The notes: generated by a model not told the origin, from the letters alone. A stretch of DNA of 47,943 bases from an uncultured bacterium (GCA_946407375.1 CAMJNS010000006.1:1-47943); one strand, 5' to 3'. Positions 9,963-19,944 are shown, counted from the first letter of the stretch. A program made the numbers and translations.

Positions 9963-10715
9963 ATGATAAGAAGAAAAAAAACAGCTTTTACAATAGTGGA
10001 AGTAACTGTAGCATTTGCTATACTTGTTTTTATTCTTTATTTTGCTTATCAGATTTTCTTTTCTCAAACGAGAGCGGTTACACAGACTATAGATGCTTTG
10101 CAAGCTAATGAAGGATTCAGACGAGTTCTATCATTTATGGGAGATGATATTCGAGAAGCTACAAGAATTGTCAAACCAACTCCAATAAACTTGGAAGATG
10201 TTACTTCTGTAGTTACTACAACAGGAAGCATTATGATAGTTCAAAGTTCTGAAATAGATCCTAGAATTAGCTTTGATAGCCCTCTTGGAGGTCAGATAAG
10301 TCAAATTACTACTATTGAATATGAACTCGAACCTATGAATTCATCGGCTAGTGATAAAGATGGAAATGCTAATGCTGGACCAATTAGATATAAACTGATA
10401 AGAAACGCAACCATAGAAGAAAAAAGTGGAGAAAAGAACCGTCAACGCCAGGTTATTGCTGATAACATTAAAGAATTTGTGGTTTTTAGAACAGTTCGTA
10501 AGCCTTTTAAGGCCACAAATGTAGAATCGGTAAATGACAAAATAATAGAACAAATTCCATTAAGCGAAGCAGGTACAGGAAATAGCTTGATTCACGTAAG
10601 AATGTCTATTGAAAGACATCGCCAGAAAAATGAGCTTAATAGAGAGAAAATATATACTTTAACAATGAATACTAGCTTTTATAAGCGAGGAAAAGAGATT
10701 TTTCTACATCCATGA
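9963..10715 (+). CDS. Type IV pilin/pseudopilin-like protein (PilW/GspJ-like)
   Basis: RRKKTA/FTIVEVTVAFAIL class III signal; MGDDIREA motif. Confidence 0.8.
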   Translation: MIRRKKTAFTIVEVTVAFAILVFILYFAYQIFFSQTRAVTQTIDALQANEGFRRVLSFMGDDIREATRIVKPTPINLEDVTSVVTTTGSIMIVQSSEIDPRISFDSPLGGQISQITTIEYELEPMNSSASDKDGNANAGPIRYKLIRNATIEEKSGEKNRQRQVIADNIKEFVVFRTVRKPFKATNVESVNDKIIEQIPLSEAGTGNSLIHVRMSIERHRQKNELNREKIYTLTMNTSFYKRGKEIFLHP

Positions 10716-13060
10716 AACTATTCTTTAAAAATTCTAAAAAAGGCTCTGGTTATTTAGTAGTATTGTTCTTGGCAATGCTACTTTTGATTGTCTTTGGAAT
10801 TTTTGGAAGAGTTAGAAGTGGTCATCATCAACTTCAATCAAAAGATGTTAGACGTTTTATTGCTTCAAATTTAGGAGAAGCTGCTCTTAACTGTATTATT
10901 GCTGAATTAAATGCTAATAGAGCTTTTAATACACATCTCCATTATTATCCTTACCAAATGAATAAAAAAGGTTGGTATAAACCAATAAAAAAACGTGATT
11001 CTTTACTTGGTAAAATAGATAATATGACTATTAATGGAGTCCGTGACGGTATTTATAGTGGTTTTACTGATTATGGTGAATTTAAAGCCAAATTTGCTAT
11101 GAATTATGGTTCGAGAGAAAATTCTAGCACAAAAGCTCTTCGCGAATCAGAAATGTATACTAGAGTTGAAATAGTTGTTAAAATAAAAAGTGGCTGGGGT
11201 ATAAAGGAAGAAACTTATCGTAAAATAACTGCTTTATTAGAAAGAAGATATCCTGCTACAGAACATCTTTTATTTGATGGAGAAATGTTAGATCTTGGCG
11301 GTTTAGGTCCTTATCTTGAAAGAGAAAATCAGCTTAAAAGATCTAGGATATATGGTTATCACTGGATAACTTTTAATTCTGGTGGCGGAGCTTGTAAAGG
11401 TACAGAAATAATCGAAGGTGAAAAAATTGAAACACCTGGTTTAATTAGAGCTTTGATAGATGCTGATTTAGAATTTTCTAATCAGGAACGACACAAGCTA
11501 ACTAAAGATAATGATTCCATTCATGTAACTGAATTTGAAGATTTTGATGGTTATATCGTAGATGGTCCTCACGGTGCACATCCTATAAAATTTACTCGAT
11601 TACCCAAGGAACGTATTAAGAAGACTGCAGAAACCTACAAAAAGTCTTATGGAGTTATTATTGACGAAAAAACTCTTCCTGTTAGTAATTATGTTAATCC
11701 TTATGACCCAAAAACAAAATTCTATGATTTAGATTTTGGAGAATATAGAGCTGTTGCAGTTCCAAAAGATGATGACGATGAAAAGAGCAGTAGAAATACT
11801 ACAAGAGATGAAGGGGATAATGAAAGTAATGTTTCAGGAGATGCTGAAGAAGAAGTTGACGATTTGGATTCATCTGAGATAGATGACCCAGAAATAATCA
11901 AACAGCATCATGGACGTAAAATTTTGGTTTATTCTGAAGTTCCATTAAGAATATGGGGTTGTCCTGATAAGAGTATAACAATATATAGCACTAAAGATAT
12001 TGTTATTGCTGGCGATTTTAATCAGAATCCAGAAACCTCTCAAATATATAAAAATAAGTATTATCAGGAATACAAAAAGAGATTGCGTAACGGAAAATAC
12101 AACAATAAAGTTGGTGCTATGGTAATGTCTGAAGGACGTATTTTTATTGATGTCTCACAACCTAGCAAATTTACAAAAAATGAAATTAAACCATATTTCC
12201 TTTACTGTTTAGCTATGAATCTCCATCCTTCTTCATTAGATATAGAAGAAGAACTTAAAAGTGTTGTTTGCCCACCAGATCCACGAGATAGAGGTACAAT
12301 CAATGGGGTTACTTCTAGTTCTGGTGCAAATGGTTTACCTGAACCAAGGTTTGGCACTATGGCATTTCTATATAATTTCCCAGAAATTAATTCTGGTGGA
12401 AGTTATGAAGCTAATATAGAAGATTTGCAAAACTTTTTTATGCCTAGCAGTGTCACTTTAGACCCAAGTTTTGGTATAAAAGACGCTAAAGTTAGAGAAG
12501 ATATAATAGAGTACATTAAACATGCAATTCGAATGGGAGGAGATTTAACTAAAGAGGAACAGGATAGAATTTTTGATATGGCATGGAAACAGGCATTGAT
12601 TGAAGAAGAAAAAGATTATGATCCTACTTGTGGTGCATCAGGATTAATATCTGGTTTATTTAATGAGGCTGTTAAAAATGATAATGACGGATTATTCGTT
12701 CCAGAAATTACGATAAATGCTACTTTAATAAGTTCTTGCCGAAGAGCTTCAACTTGGAAGGTTGGTAATTCTAGTATTAAAGTAAAAGATGAAATTGGTG
12801 ACCCGGAAAAATATTTAAAAAAGCCTGGTTTTGTAATACAGCGTATATATGGCGGAGATATTAGAATAGGAAGAGCGAAACCAGAATATTTTGTTGATGG
12901 TTCTGATAGTGGTAAAAATATTTTAAGAAGAAGAATATGGGATAATACAAATTTAACTAATCATGATTTTAGACCTTTAGAAATACCTGCTGTACATAAT
13001 ATTTTAACTTTTTCAGAAGAACAGATTACAGCAAAAGAATATAATAACTTCAAGGGCTAA
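10712..13060 (+). CDS. Large PilX/GspK-like pilin-domain protein
   Basis: KKG/SGYLVVLFLAMLLL without Glu+5 and ASNLGEAALN, as in PilX-type N-termini. 782 aa with an internal acidic linker; ATGA-coupled to the upstream gene. Confidence 0.65.
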   Translation: MKLFFKNSKKGSGYLVVLFLAMLLLIVFGIFGRVRSGHHQLQSKDVRRFIASNLGEAALNCIIAELNANRAFNTHLHYYPYQMNKKGWYKPIKKRDSLLGKIDNMTINGVRDGIYSGFTDYGEFKAKFAMNYGSRENSSTKALRESEMYTRVEIVVKIKSGWGIKEETYRKITALLERRYPATEHLLFDGEMLDLGGLGPYLERENQLKRSRIYGYHWITFNSGGGACKGTEIIEGEKIETPGLIRALIDADLEFSNQERHKLTKDNDSIHVTEFEDFDGYIVDGPHGAHPIKFTRLPKERIKKTAETYKKSYGVIIDEKTLPVSNYVNPYDPKTKFYDLDFGEYRAVAVPKDDDDEKSSRNTTRDEGDNESNVSGDAEEEVDDLDSSEIDDPEIIKQHHGRKILVYSEVPLRIWGCPDKSITIYSTKDIVIAGDFNQNPETSQIYKNKYYQEYKKRLRNGKYNNKVGAMVMSEGRIFIDVSQPSKFTKNEIKPYFLYCLAMNLHPSSLDIEEELKSVVCPPDPRDRGTINGVTSSSGANGLPEPRFGTMAFLYNFPEINSGGSYEANIEDLQNFFMPSSVTLDPSFGIKDAKVREDIIEYIKHAIRMGGDLTKEEQDRIFDMAWKQALIEEEKDYDPTCGASGLISGLFNEAVKNDNDGLFVPEITINATLISSCRRASTWKVGNSSIKVKDEIGDPEKYLKKPGFVIQRIYGGDIRIGRAKPEYFVDGSDSGKNILRRRIWDNTNLTNHDFRPLEIPAVHNILTFSEEQITAKEYNNFKG

Positions 13061-13124
13061 TCATTATTCCCTGAATAAAAATTAATTTTTTGTTGTCTAA
13101 AAATGCCTCATCTATTAAAAAGGC

Positions 13125-13157
13125 AAAAAAAAGGCCACACTTCTATGAGGTAGCCTT
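13125..13157 (-). terminator. Intrinsic terminator of the candidate sRNA
   Basis: Minus strand AAGGCTAC-ctcatagaagt-GTGGCCTT then a T run. A second weaker hairpin, TGCCT...AGGCA-TTTTT, follows at about 13099-13125. Confidence 0.7.
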
Positions 13158-13210
13158 GATCAAGGAAAGGAATGATTGAAGACAACTGACGAATAAGTCG
13201 TGCAGTGTTG
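13125..13210 (-). ncRNA. Candidate sigma54-dependent, Hfq-type small RNA (~86 nt)
   Basis: Lies between a consensus -24/-12 promoter and a stem-loop followed by U8. Has a 5' hairpin, a central AUCA-UUCCUUUCCU-UGAU anti-SD loop, and no ORF in the track. Confidence 0.7.
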
Positions 13211-13220
13211 ATAGAGTTAG

Positions 13221-13237
13221 AGCAATTTGTGTGCCAA
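13221..13237 (-). promoter_or_regulatory. sigma54 (RpoN) -24/-12 promoter
   Basis: Minus strand TTGGCAC-ACAAA-TTGCT is an exact match to TGGCAC-N5-TTGCW; predicted +1 near 13210. Confidence 0.85.
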
Positions 13238-13448
13238 CTTTTAAAAATAATATGTTTTATTTATGTGTAAACCTATAAAAGTATGATTGCTACTCTGTTT
13301 TGAATGAAAATAATAAAACAAAAATGAATTAAATTTATAATTAATTTTTTTAAATTTATATATAATAGACATTAATTTGATGATTTTTTAACCAAATTTT
13401 ATTTGCTGTTTAAAAAATGAACAGTAAAAACTAACCACCTAAAATAAA

Positions 13449-13483
13449 AAAACCGCATTTAGGGATTCCCTAAATGCGGTTTT
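13449..13483. terminator. Intrinsic terminator after hfq
   Basis: Perfect inverted repeat AAAACCGCATTTAGGGA-T-TCCCTAAATGCGGTTTT with a longer U run on the minus strand. Confidence 0.9.
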
Positions 13484-13498
13484 CATAGACTTTATTAA

Positions 13499-13723
13499 TC
13501 AGTTACCTACAGGAAAATTGAAATTGTCAGGAAGTTGAAGAGTTGATATTGCATGCTTATAAATCAACTGTTTTTTGCCTTCTGATTCTAATAAAATTAC
13601 AAATGTATCAAAATCTAAAACTGTACCTTGAATTTGAAAGCCTTTCATTAAAAAAATCTTTACAGCTTCTTTTTGTTCTTTTAGATACTGAAGAATATTG
13701 TCTTGAATATTGATAGCTGGCAT
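13499..13723 (-). CDS. hfq: RNA chaperone Hfq
   Basis: NIQDNIL, VKIFLMKGFQIQG, FDTFVILL, QLIYKHAIST Sm1/Sm2 motifs; GGAGG RBS. Confidence 0.97.
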   Translation of the reverse strand: MPAINIQDNILQYLKEQKEAVKIFLMKGFQIQGTVLDFDTFVILLESEGKKQLIYKHAISTLQLPDNFNFPVGN

Positions 13724-13815
13724 TATAAATTCCTCCGTTTATCTTTTTGCTATTTCTAATTCATTCTATTTTATATGAAATTATAAATCTTTTCAAGAGA
13801 TAGATATAGTTTTGT

Positions 13816-16512
13816 TTAATTAAATAATGGAACTGGTTTAATAAATAAGGGAAACAATTTACTTAGATTGTTACTGATTGTATTTGCTTTTTGTTTGCAC
13901 CAGGCAAAAAGATTATCAAATTCTGTAGTTATTATAATTATTTCTTTCTGAGATTCCAATCTAATAGTTGTTTCAAGACCTTTTTTCTTTGATTTAACTT
14001 TGAATCTAAATAATCGTCCTGCGATTCTTTTCATAAATTCTTCTGATTCGTGTTTATTTGTTGTTGCTGTTATTGTTTCGCAAAAACCATTGTTTGTCAA
14101 TTTGTAGCTAGCTTGTAATCGTTCAAAAGGTTTAAAAGGATTGCTTATAAAACCACTTGCGAAGTCAGGGAATCTTTTATGAAATGCTTCATTGTCATAA
14201 TAGAATTCCATAAAATAGCCATCTCTGTAAGGAAGTATAGGTGAAAGCTTATCAATTATTTCTTTAGTTATTTTTTGCTTAGAAATATAAACAGCATTTT
14301 CCATTGTTAAAAAATAATAATTCCCTAGAGGAAATATGTATATTCTGTTTTCTTCTTTATCTAATACTTTCTTTGAAGAAGCAAAGCAGCCATAAGCAGC
14401 TTGAATCCCTTCTGTTAAATCTTTCCCATTTATACTATTTGAAGTAATTCTGATAATTGCTGTTGCTCCTGGGAAAAAGAATCTATCCATTATTATGGTG
14501 ACATTGCATTTTGATAATTCTTTTATATTAGGCATAAAATCTTTAACAAATTTAAAAAATTCAGAGCAAAAACTGATTGCTAGTGGATAATCAACTCTTG
14601 CTGGAAGTTTAAATCTTTCGTCTTCACTCTTGCTTTGTTTTTCTGTTTCATTCGTTTGAGGAAGATTAGAATTAGATTGATTTCCCTTATCAGATTCGTT
14701 TATTCCTTCTTTTTTTGTTTCTTCGTTAGAAATTGTTTCTTCGTTAGAAATTGTTTCTTCGTTAGAAATTGTTTTTTCGTCTTTTTTTTCTTCAGGTTTT
14801 TCTTTTTTAATAAGTTTATAAGAATTAAGTAAAGGTTCGCTTAGGTTCAATTCACCATTATTTAAACTTGAGCAAATCTTTGTTATTTCAATAGATTTAT
14901 CATATAGTCCTTCTTCTTGATATAAGTTAGACATACTTCTCAAAATACTTATAACTTTATCTTTGTCTGCATTTTCACCTAAAATTCCATGATAGTTTGC
15001 TATAGCTTCATGGAATGCTTTCAATCTAACTGTTAAATATAATGTATCATCTGGGTCATTTATAGTCGGATTTGCTTTATATGCTTCTTTTACATAGGCT
15101 AAAGCTTTGTCGAAATCATTCTTTTCTAGATAAACTCTTCCGATATGAAGTAAAATTTCACTTTGACCAGGAACAAGATTGTTTGCTTTTTGTAAATATG
15201 GTAGAGCGTTGTCTAAATCATTATTGCGGTAATATGCCCAGCCTAAAGTGTCAAGATAAGATGCATTGTTAGGCTCAATTTGATTTGCTCTTTTTGCCAT
15301 ACTTAAAGCTTTGTCATTGTTAGCATTTAATTCAGTATAGAGATAAGCTAGGTTATTTAAAGCTTCTGCTGAATCCGGTCTGAGTTTTATTGCTACCTCA
15401 TATTGTTCAGCCGCTTTATGGTATTCACTGGTTGTATAATAAAGTGTTGCTAAATGATAATGAGATTCATAAACAGTATTTTTTAAGGAAATAGATTTTA
15501 AAAGAGCTTCTTCAGCTAATTTATAATTCTTATTCTTAAAAGCTGCCCAACCTAAACTGTCTTGAAATCCAGCAGAGTTAGGATTCTGATTAACAGCTTT
15601 TTGACAAAGTTCTAAGGCTGTTTTGATGTTTACCCCATATTCGGCATAAAGATAACCAAGATTGTTTAGAGCATAAGGATTATTGGGAGCTATTTCAACA
15701 ATCTTCTTATAAACAGCTTCTTCTAGCCAGAATGGTTCGTGCTTGCCTTTAGATTGATATTCTTCGTGGAGTCCCATATAAATGCTTATAAGAGAGTTCT
15801 GAAGCTTAGAATTTCTTGGGTCTAATGAGGAGGCTTTTTCGTAGGAGGCGATAGCTAAGAATAGGGCAGAATCAGAATTGCCAAGGAATCTGAAACACTG
15901 TCCCATAACATAATAATATTGTGAGGTCCTTGGAATGAGAGTTAAAGCAACTTTTAGATCTTCTTCCGGTTTCATTAATGAAAAATAATTATTTGGACGA
16001 TTTTTTAAAGCTTGGAATAAAATTCCTTTTGCTATCCAATAATCAGGCTTGTCTTTTAGTTCTTCATCATATTCAAGAAGAAGTTCTTCAAATTCTTGAT
16101 CTTTTTTACTGTCTTGGTCTTCACTTTTATCTGAACTTAACAAAGTACCTTTATAAAATATTTTTCTGAGTTTATCTTCTGATGTTGGTTTTTCAACTCC
16201 ATCTAATGAAAAATATTTATTCCCGGCTTCAATTAATTCAGAATGTCTTGGAGTATCAGAAAGTTTAATAAGTGTAAACCATCTTAGAATGGCTTGATAT
16301 TGTGCAATTACATTCCCTTTGTGTTCAAGAATGTATTTCTTTAATAACTGTAAATTGTAATCAGAGGTTTTATTTTTTTCAAAATTAACTTCGGTTTGTC
16401 TGAATAAAGGTAATCCAAAATCAAAGTTTATTTCAGCTTTTACTTCAGAAGAAACCAATAGAATAAAAGCTAATATTATTAAAAAATTACTAAAGAAAGA
16501 TCTCTTGAACAT
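13816..16512 (-). CDS. Exported TPR-repeat protein
   Basis: Signal peptide ending VKA-E. Many TPRs (ALNNLGYLYAE, DSLGWAAFK, YLDTLGWAYY), a charged linker and an unknown C-terminal domain. Confidence 0.9.
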   Translation of the reverse strand: MFKRSFFSNFLIILAFILLVSSEVKAEINFDFGLPLFRQTEVNFEKNKTSDYNLQLLKKYILEHKGNVIAQYQAILRWFTLIKLSDTPRHSELIEAGNKYFSLDGVEKPTSEDKLRKIFYKGTLLSSDKSEDQDSKKDQEFEELLLEYDEELKDKPDYWIAKGILFQALKNRPNNYFSLMKPEEDLKVALTLIPRTSQYYYVMGQCFRFLGNSDSALFLAIASYEKASSLDPRNSKLQNSLISIYMGLHEEYQSKGKHEPFWLEEAVYKKIVEIAPNNPYALNNLGYLYAEYGVNIKTALELCQKAVNQNPNSAGFQDSLGWAAFKNKNYKLAEEALLKSISLKNTVYESHYHLATLYYTTSEYHKAAEQYEVAIKLRPDSAEALNNLAYLYTELNANNDKALSMAKRANQIEPNNASYLDTLGWAYYRNNDLDNALPYLQKANNLVPGQSEILLHIGRVYLEKNDFDKALAYVKEAYKANPTINDPDDTLYLTVRLKAFHEAIANYHGILGENADKDKVISILRSMSNLYQEEGLYDKSIEITKICSSLNNGELNLSEPLLNSYKLIKKEKPEEKKDEKTISNEETISNEETISNEETKKEGINESDKGNQSNSNLPQTNETEKQSKSEDERFKLPARVDYPLAISFCSEFFKFVKDFMPNIKELSKCNVTIIMDRFFFPGATAIIRITSNSINGKDLTEGIQAAYGCFASSKKVLDKEENRIYIFPLGNYYFLTMENAVYISKQKITKEIIDKLSPILPYRDGYFMEFYYDNEAFHKRFPDFASGFISNPFKPFERLQASYKLTNNGFCETITATTNKHESEEFMKRIAGRLFRFKVKSKKKGLETTIRLESQKEIIIITTEFDNLFAWCKQKANTISNNLSKLFPLFIKPVPLFN
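14717..14770. repeat. 18-bp tandem repeat x3, in frame (TISNEE)
   Basis: GTTTCTTCGTTAGAAATT three times exactly, inside the TPR protein linker. Confidence 0.95.
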
Positions 16513-16553
16513 TATTTGCCTCCGAATTTTATAATATATCTATATAAATTAAC

Positions 16554-16578
16554 AATGGGCGACTTTTTAGCCGCCCAT
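16554..16578. terminator. Hairpin after the tubulin-like gene
   Basis: ATGGGCG-ACTTTTTAGC-CGCCCAT with a weak U tail on the minus strand. Confidence 0.6.
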
Positions 16579-16589
16579 CAATTATTTAA

Positions 16590-19500
16590 TTAAGCAAGAG
16601 TAGTGGTTTGCCTCTGACTAAGTATCGTATTGAACTGATCATTATAGTCTTGCAATATCTTCAATATTCCGCGCTTAATTGATAGCAATTCATCACTTGA
16701 AGCTTTTACTTCGTGATTCTTTTTGATTTCCTGTTCTATTGCATCTTCGATTCTCTTAACCTTAGCTGCAATGAATGGTAGATATCTGCGTACAAATTCA
16801 CATTGTTTCGGGAATGGAAGAGCTTTCCAGTATTCACTGTAAACTGATCTGATTAAATAGAGACCCATTGTGTTATTTGTTAGATAATCAAAGAGTTCTA
16901 TTAATGTTCTACCCATTGGCTGTGGTTTGTCCTGCTGATACCAAAGTTCAAATTGAACTAGTTCAGAATTGAATTCTATACCGTGTTTGCCCAGTTTTTC
17001 ATCAGCCATTAGTTCATATCTAAGTAATAGATAAACCATATAGTGTTCTTCTAGTTTCTTCGCAGGAATAAGGCTGTAACTTGCCCAAAGTATTGGATAA
17101 GCGTCATTGTTCAAAACAGCATGACAGTTAATCTTTGCGTTATTCTTTCTATAAAGTGTGTGCCATTGAGCAATTGAGCTGAGATTGTATGGGGCAATAC
17201 CGTGAAGTGTCTGTAAAAGACTTATTTCGTATGGATTTCTTGTTGGTGCTATAGAAACACCTATATCGCCCTTGCGCAATGAATCTTTAATTTCTTCAGC
17301 TAGTTGGCTGTTTTCATCAGCTATACCTAAAGTTACTATATTCATACGCTGTGGCTGGTTGTTGCCACGGTCATTAAGAGTTACCAAAGGTGTTGCCTGA
17401 TTCATAAGGCTTTCTACAAGACTCTTCTTGAATCCAGCCTTAACAGAATCTTTCCAGTGAATAAAGTCTTCGATACCACCAAATAATCTACGATTTATTA
17501 TTTCTGCACAATAGTTTACTATATCTTGTTCTATAGTATTGGTTTCGTGTTCAGTATATTTATCCCAATTCTTCTTGAGATTCAACTTAACAAGGAAATC
17601 ACCTTCTATATCATTGTTAGTAAGATCACCAAGCAAATATTTATAGAAAGGTTCCACATCTTTTTCTTCAAAAATGTAAGTTCTAATAAACTTTTGAACT
17701 TTAGAATAAGGTTTGATTTTTTCTAAGCAATCTTCATAAACTCGTTCAAGATTACCGTCTTTGCTAATCTGGTTAAGTCTGAAGGTGAATACTTCCATTT
17801 TCTTACGAATATTCTGAGCTTGAACATTCAAATATTTTAGGAAATCTTCAACACAGGTTAAGCAGAACATTTCATATTCCATGTCGAAATATTCTTTACT
17901 TTCTTTCAACAGAGAATTGATGTCTTCTTTTAGCTTACTAGTAAAGAATCCTTTTATTTTAATAGTTATACCAAACATGCTATTGCTCATGTCGCTTAAT
18001 CTATTAACTTCATCAAGGTATTCTTTCTTTTCTTTTTCTAGTTTACTTTTTATTTCTACAACTTTACGTTGTAACTGATCTTTAGGATATCTTGTTAAGT
18101 ATTTTTCAAAAGCTAACAGGAAGTCTATAGAAACTTGAGCACCTAAATCAGGATTATTTACTATTTCTATAACCTTATCCCTTAAGCTTTCTCCAGCTTT
18201 CTTTGCTGCTTCTTCAAACTTAACTCTAAGCTGAGCTCTCATATCATCCTTTTTGATTCTATCATTTTTTAGCTCATTAAGTTGGCGTTCAATAAATACA
18301 TGGTCTTTTTCGCCTTGCTTTTGTTTTGAAACCTTAACAGAATGGTAACGAGGATTGTCCCAGTATTCCTTTCTGTCGACTATTTCTTTGCTCATAGCTA
18401 ACAGACCTTCAGGAGTAAGGTCTATTACGCTAGGATTGTTTTCTGCAAAGTCCTGAACCATTGAATCTAACAAAATCTTGTCTACTGAAAGTTTTAACCA
18501 GTAGGTAACATCCATAGCTAGTTTATATGTATAAAGAGTTCGTATAATATCTAATGGATAATAGAAGCTCTTAAAACCAGCAGAACTGAAACATTTAAGT
18601 TGTTTCCCTTCAAGGTCTGAATTCAATTGACCTAAAATCTGCGAAGCATTATCTAACATTGAGTTCTGAGCTTGTCGCAATTGTGTGGCCAATTTTGTAA
18701 AAATCAGTTCAGAAGCGATAGCGTAATAAGTTGGAATATCATCCATATTGCTTGTGCCTAATAGATAGCACTGATCAAATGGAGGTTCTTCACAAATGGT
18801 ACCAAAAGTATTTGTATCATTACTCTTACCGATTGGACCGTAATTAACCATGAATTTATTACGTCTATCTTGAGATATAATATCTTTTGCAGATTGAGTT
18901 GGTGGAAACTTTTCTTTGTTCATAAAGTAATAGGTTTCTGCTAATGCAGCATAACCGTTACCTTCTAATCTGCCTGTAGAGTTAACATTAGGATCTATAG
19001 CAATCTGAGTAAATGCTTCAGGGGTTAATTCAATACCTATAATAGAGGGTTTGCCTTTTCCTCCTGATAATTGATAGTAGGCCATCTTTAATAGATATGC
19101 CATATCCATAAACATACCAGCACCAGAACCACCACACATTGAACCTACAACATAAAATTCAGGTGTTAAAATCTGACCCTGTTTATTGGTAAGAGGAACA
19201 ATAATATCGTCTTGATTGACATTACCACGGGCCATAATTTTGCTGATTTTACTTTTTAATAAAGAGAAAATCTTTTGAATATCAACAAATATGCCAAAAC
19301 GACCTGTAAATCTAAATTGGTGAGCACCTTGGCTTATTTGTCCTATGTATGATTTTAACTTTTGTGGGAACCATTCATATAAATAGTTATATGTGTCGGT
19401 ATCTAGATTGTTAGTTATCTGACCAGCATTTTGAATGTTAATTTGGTGATATTCGCTTTCTGTAAGTTTTACAGCACGTTCTTCATCTTCTTTTTCTGAT

Positions 19501-19712
19501 TTGCTTGCATCAAATATATCTGTATCTATACAGAGTAAATCAATAAAATCTGGTAATGAAGGTTCTGCTCCAATTTGTGCATAGGCTTTCTTTATTTGTG
19601 GACTTTTTAGGAAGGTTTCTTTGAAATTCATCAAAGCTTTTTTCCCTGTTCCACCAAGACCAACTATTAATGCTGGATTTAAAGCGATTCTATTTTCAAA
19701 ATTAACACTCAT
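16590..19712 (-). CDS. Tubulin-like (Tubulin_2 family) GTPase-domain protein with a long helical C-terminus
   Basis: PALIVGLGGTG, LCIDTD, GAHQFRFTGR, VVGSMCGGSGAGMFMD, NGYAALAE and PPFDQCYL match the Tubulin_2 pattern; about 650 aa of helical/coiled-coil tail. Confidence 0.88.
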   Translation of the reverse strand: MSVNFENRIALNPALIVGLGGTGKKALMNFKETFLKSPQIKKAYAQIGAEPSLPDFIDLLCIDTDIFDASKSEKEDEERAVKLTESEYHQINIQNAGQITNNLDTDTYNYLYEWFPQKLKSYIGQISQGAHQFRFTGRFGIFVDIQKIFSLLKSKISKIMARGNVNQDDIIVPLTNKQGQILTPEFYVVGSMCGGSGAGMFMDMAYLLKMAYYQLSGGKGKPSIIGIELTPEAFTQIAIDPNVNSTGRLEGNGYAALAETYYFMNKEKFPPTQSAKDIISQDRRNKFMVNYGPIGKSNDTNTFGTICEEPPFDQCYLLGTSNMDDIPTYYAIASELIFTKLATQLRQAQNSMLDNASQILGQLNSDLEGKQLKCFSSAGFKSFYYPLDIIRTLYTYKLAMDVTYWLKLSVDKILLDSMVQDFAENNPSVIDLTPEGLLAMSKEIVDRKEYWDNPRYHSVKVSKQKQGEKDHVFIERQLNELKNDRIKKDDMRAQLRVKFEEAAKKAGESLRDKVIEIVNNPDLGAQVSIDFLLAFEKYLTRYPKDQLQRKVVEIKSKLEKEKKEYLDEVNRLSDMSNSMFGITIKIKGFFTSKLKEDINSLLKESKEYFDMEYEMFCLTCVEDFLKYLNVQAQNIRKKMEVFTFRLNQISKDGNLERVYEDCLEKIKPYSKVQKFIRTYIFEEKDVEPFYKYLLGDLTNNDIEGDFLVKLNLKKNWDKYTEHETNTIEQDIVNYCAEIINRRLFGGIEDFIHWKDSVKAGFKKSLVESLMNQATPLVTLNDRGNNQPQRMNIVTLGIADENSQLAEEIKDSLRKGDIGVSIAPTRNPYEISLLQTLHGIAPYNLSSIAQWHTLYRKNNAKINCHAVLNNDAYPILWASYSLIPAKKLEEHYMVYLLLRYELMADEKLGKHGIEFNSELVQFELWYQQDKPQPMGRTLIELFDYLTNNTMGLYLIRSVYSEYWKALPFPKQCEFVRRYLPFIAAKVKRIEDAIEQEIKKNHEVKASSDELLSIKRGILKILQDYNDQFNTILSQRQTTTLA

Positions 19713-19944
19713 TTTTTAAACGCTCCCAAAATATTACTATTTGAAAAGTTAGTATAACAATTTTATTTTATTCAGGCAATTGTTATGTTAAATAAGTTTT
19801 AATTGTTGTTAGTTTTTGTTGTTTATAGCTTAAACTTTACATCTTCAATCTTAATAAAAATTAAAGTTTGTCATTTATTATTTATTGTTGTAAACTAAAA
19901 TGTATTAACTAGAATATCTTTAAAAAAGAAGACTATTATCTGGA

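Noticed and set aside
16590-19712. ftsZ or true tubulin (BtubA/B)
   Set aside because: Length, motif spacing and lack of dcw context fit Tubulin_2, not FtsZ or BtubAB.
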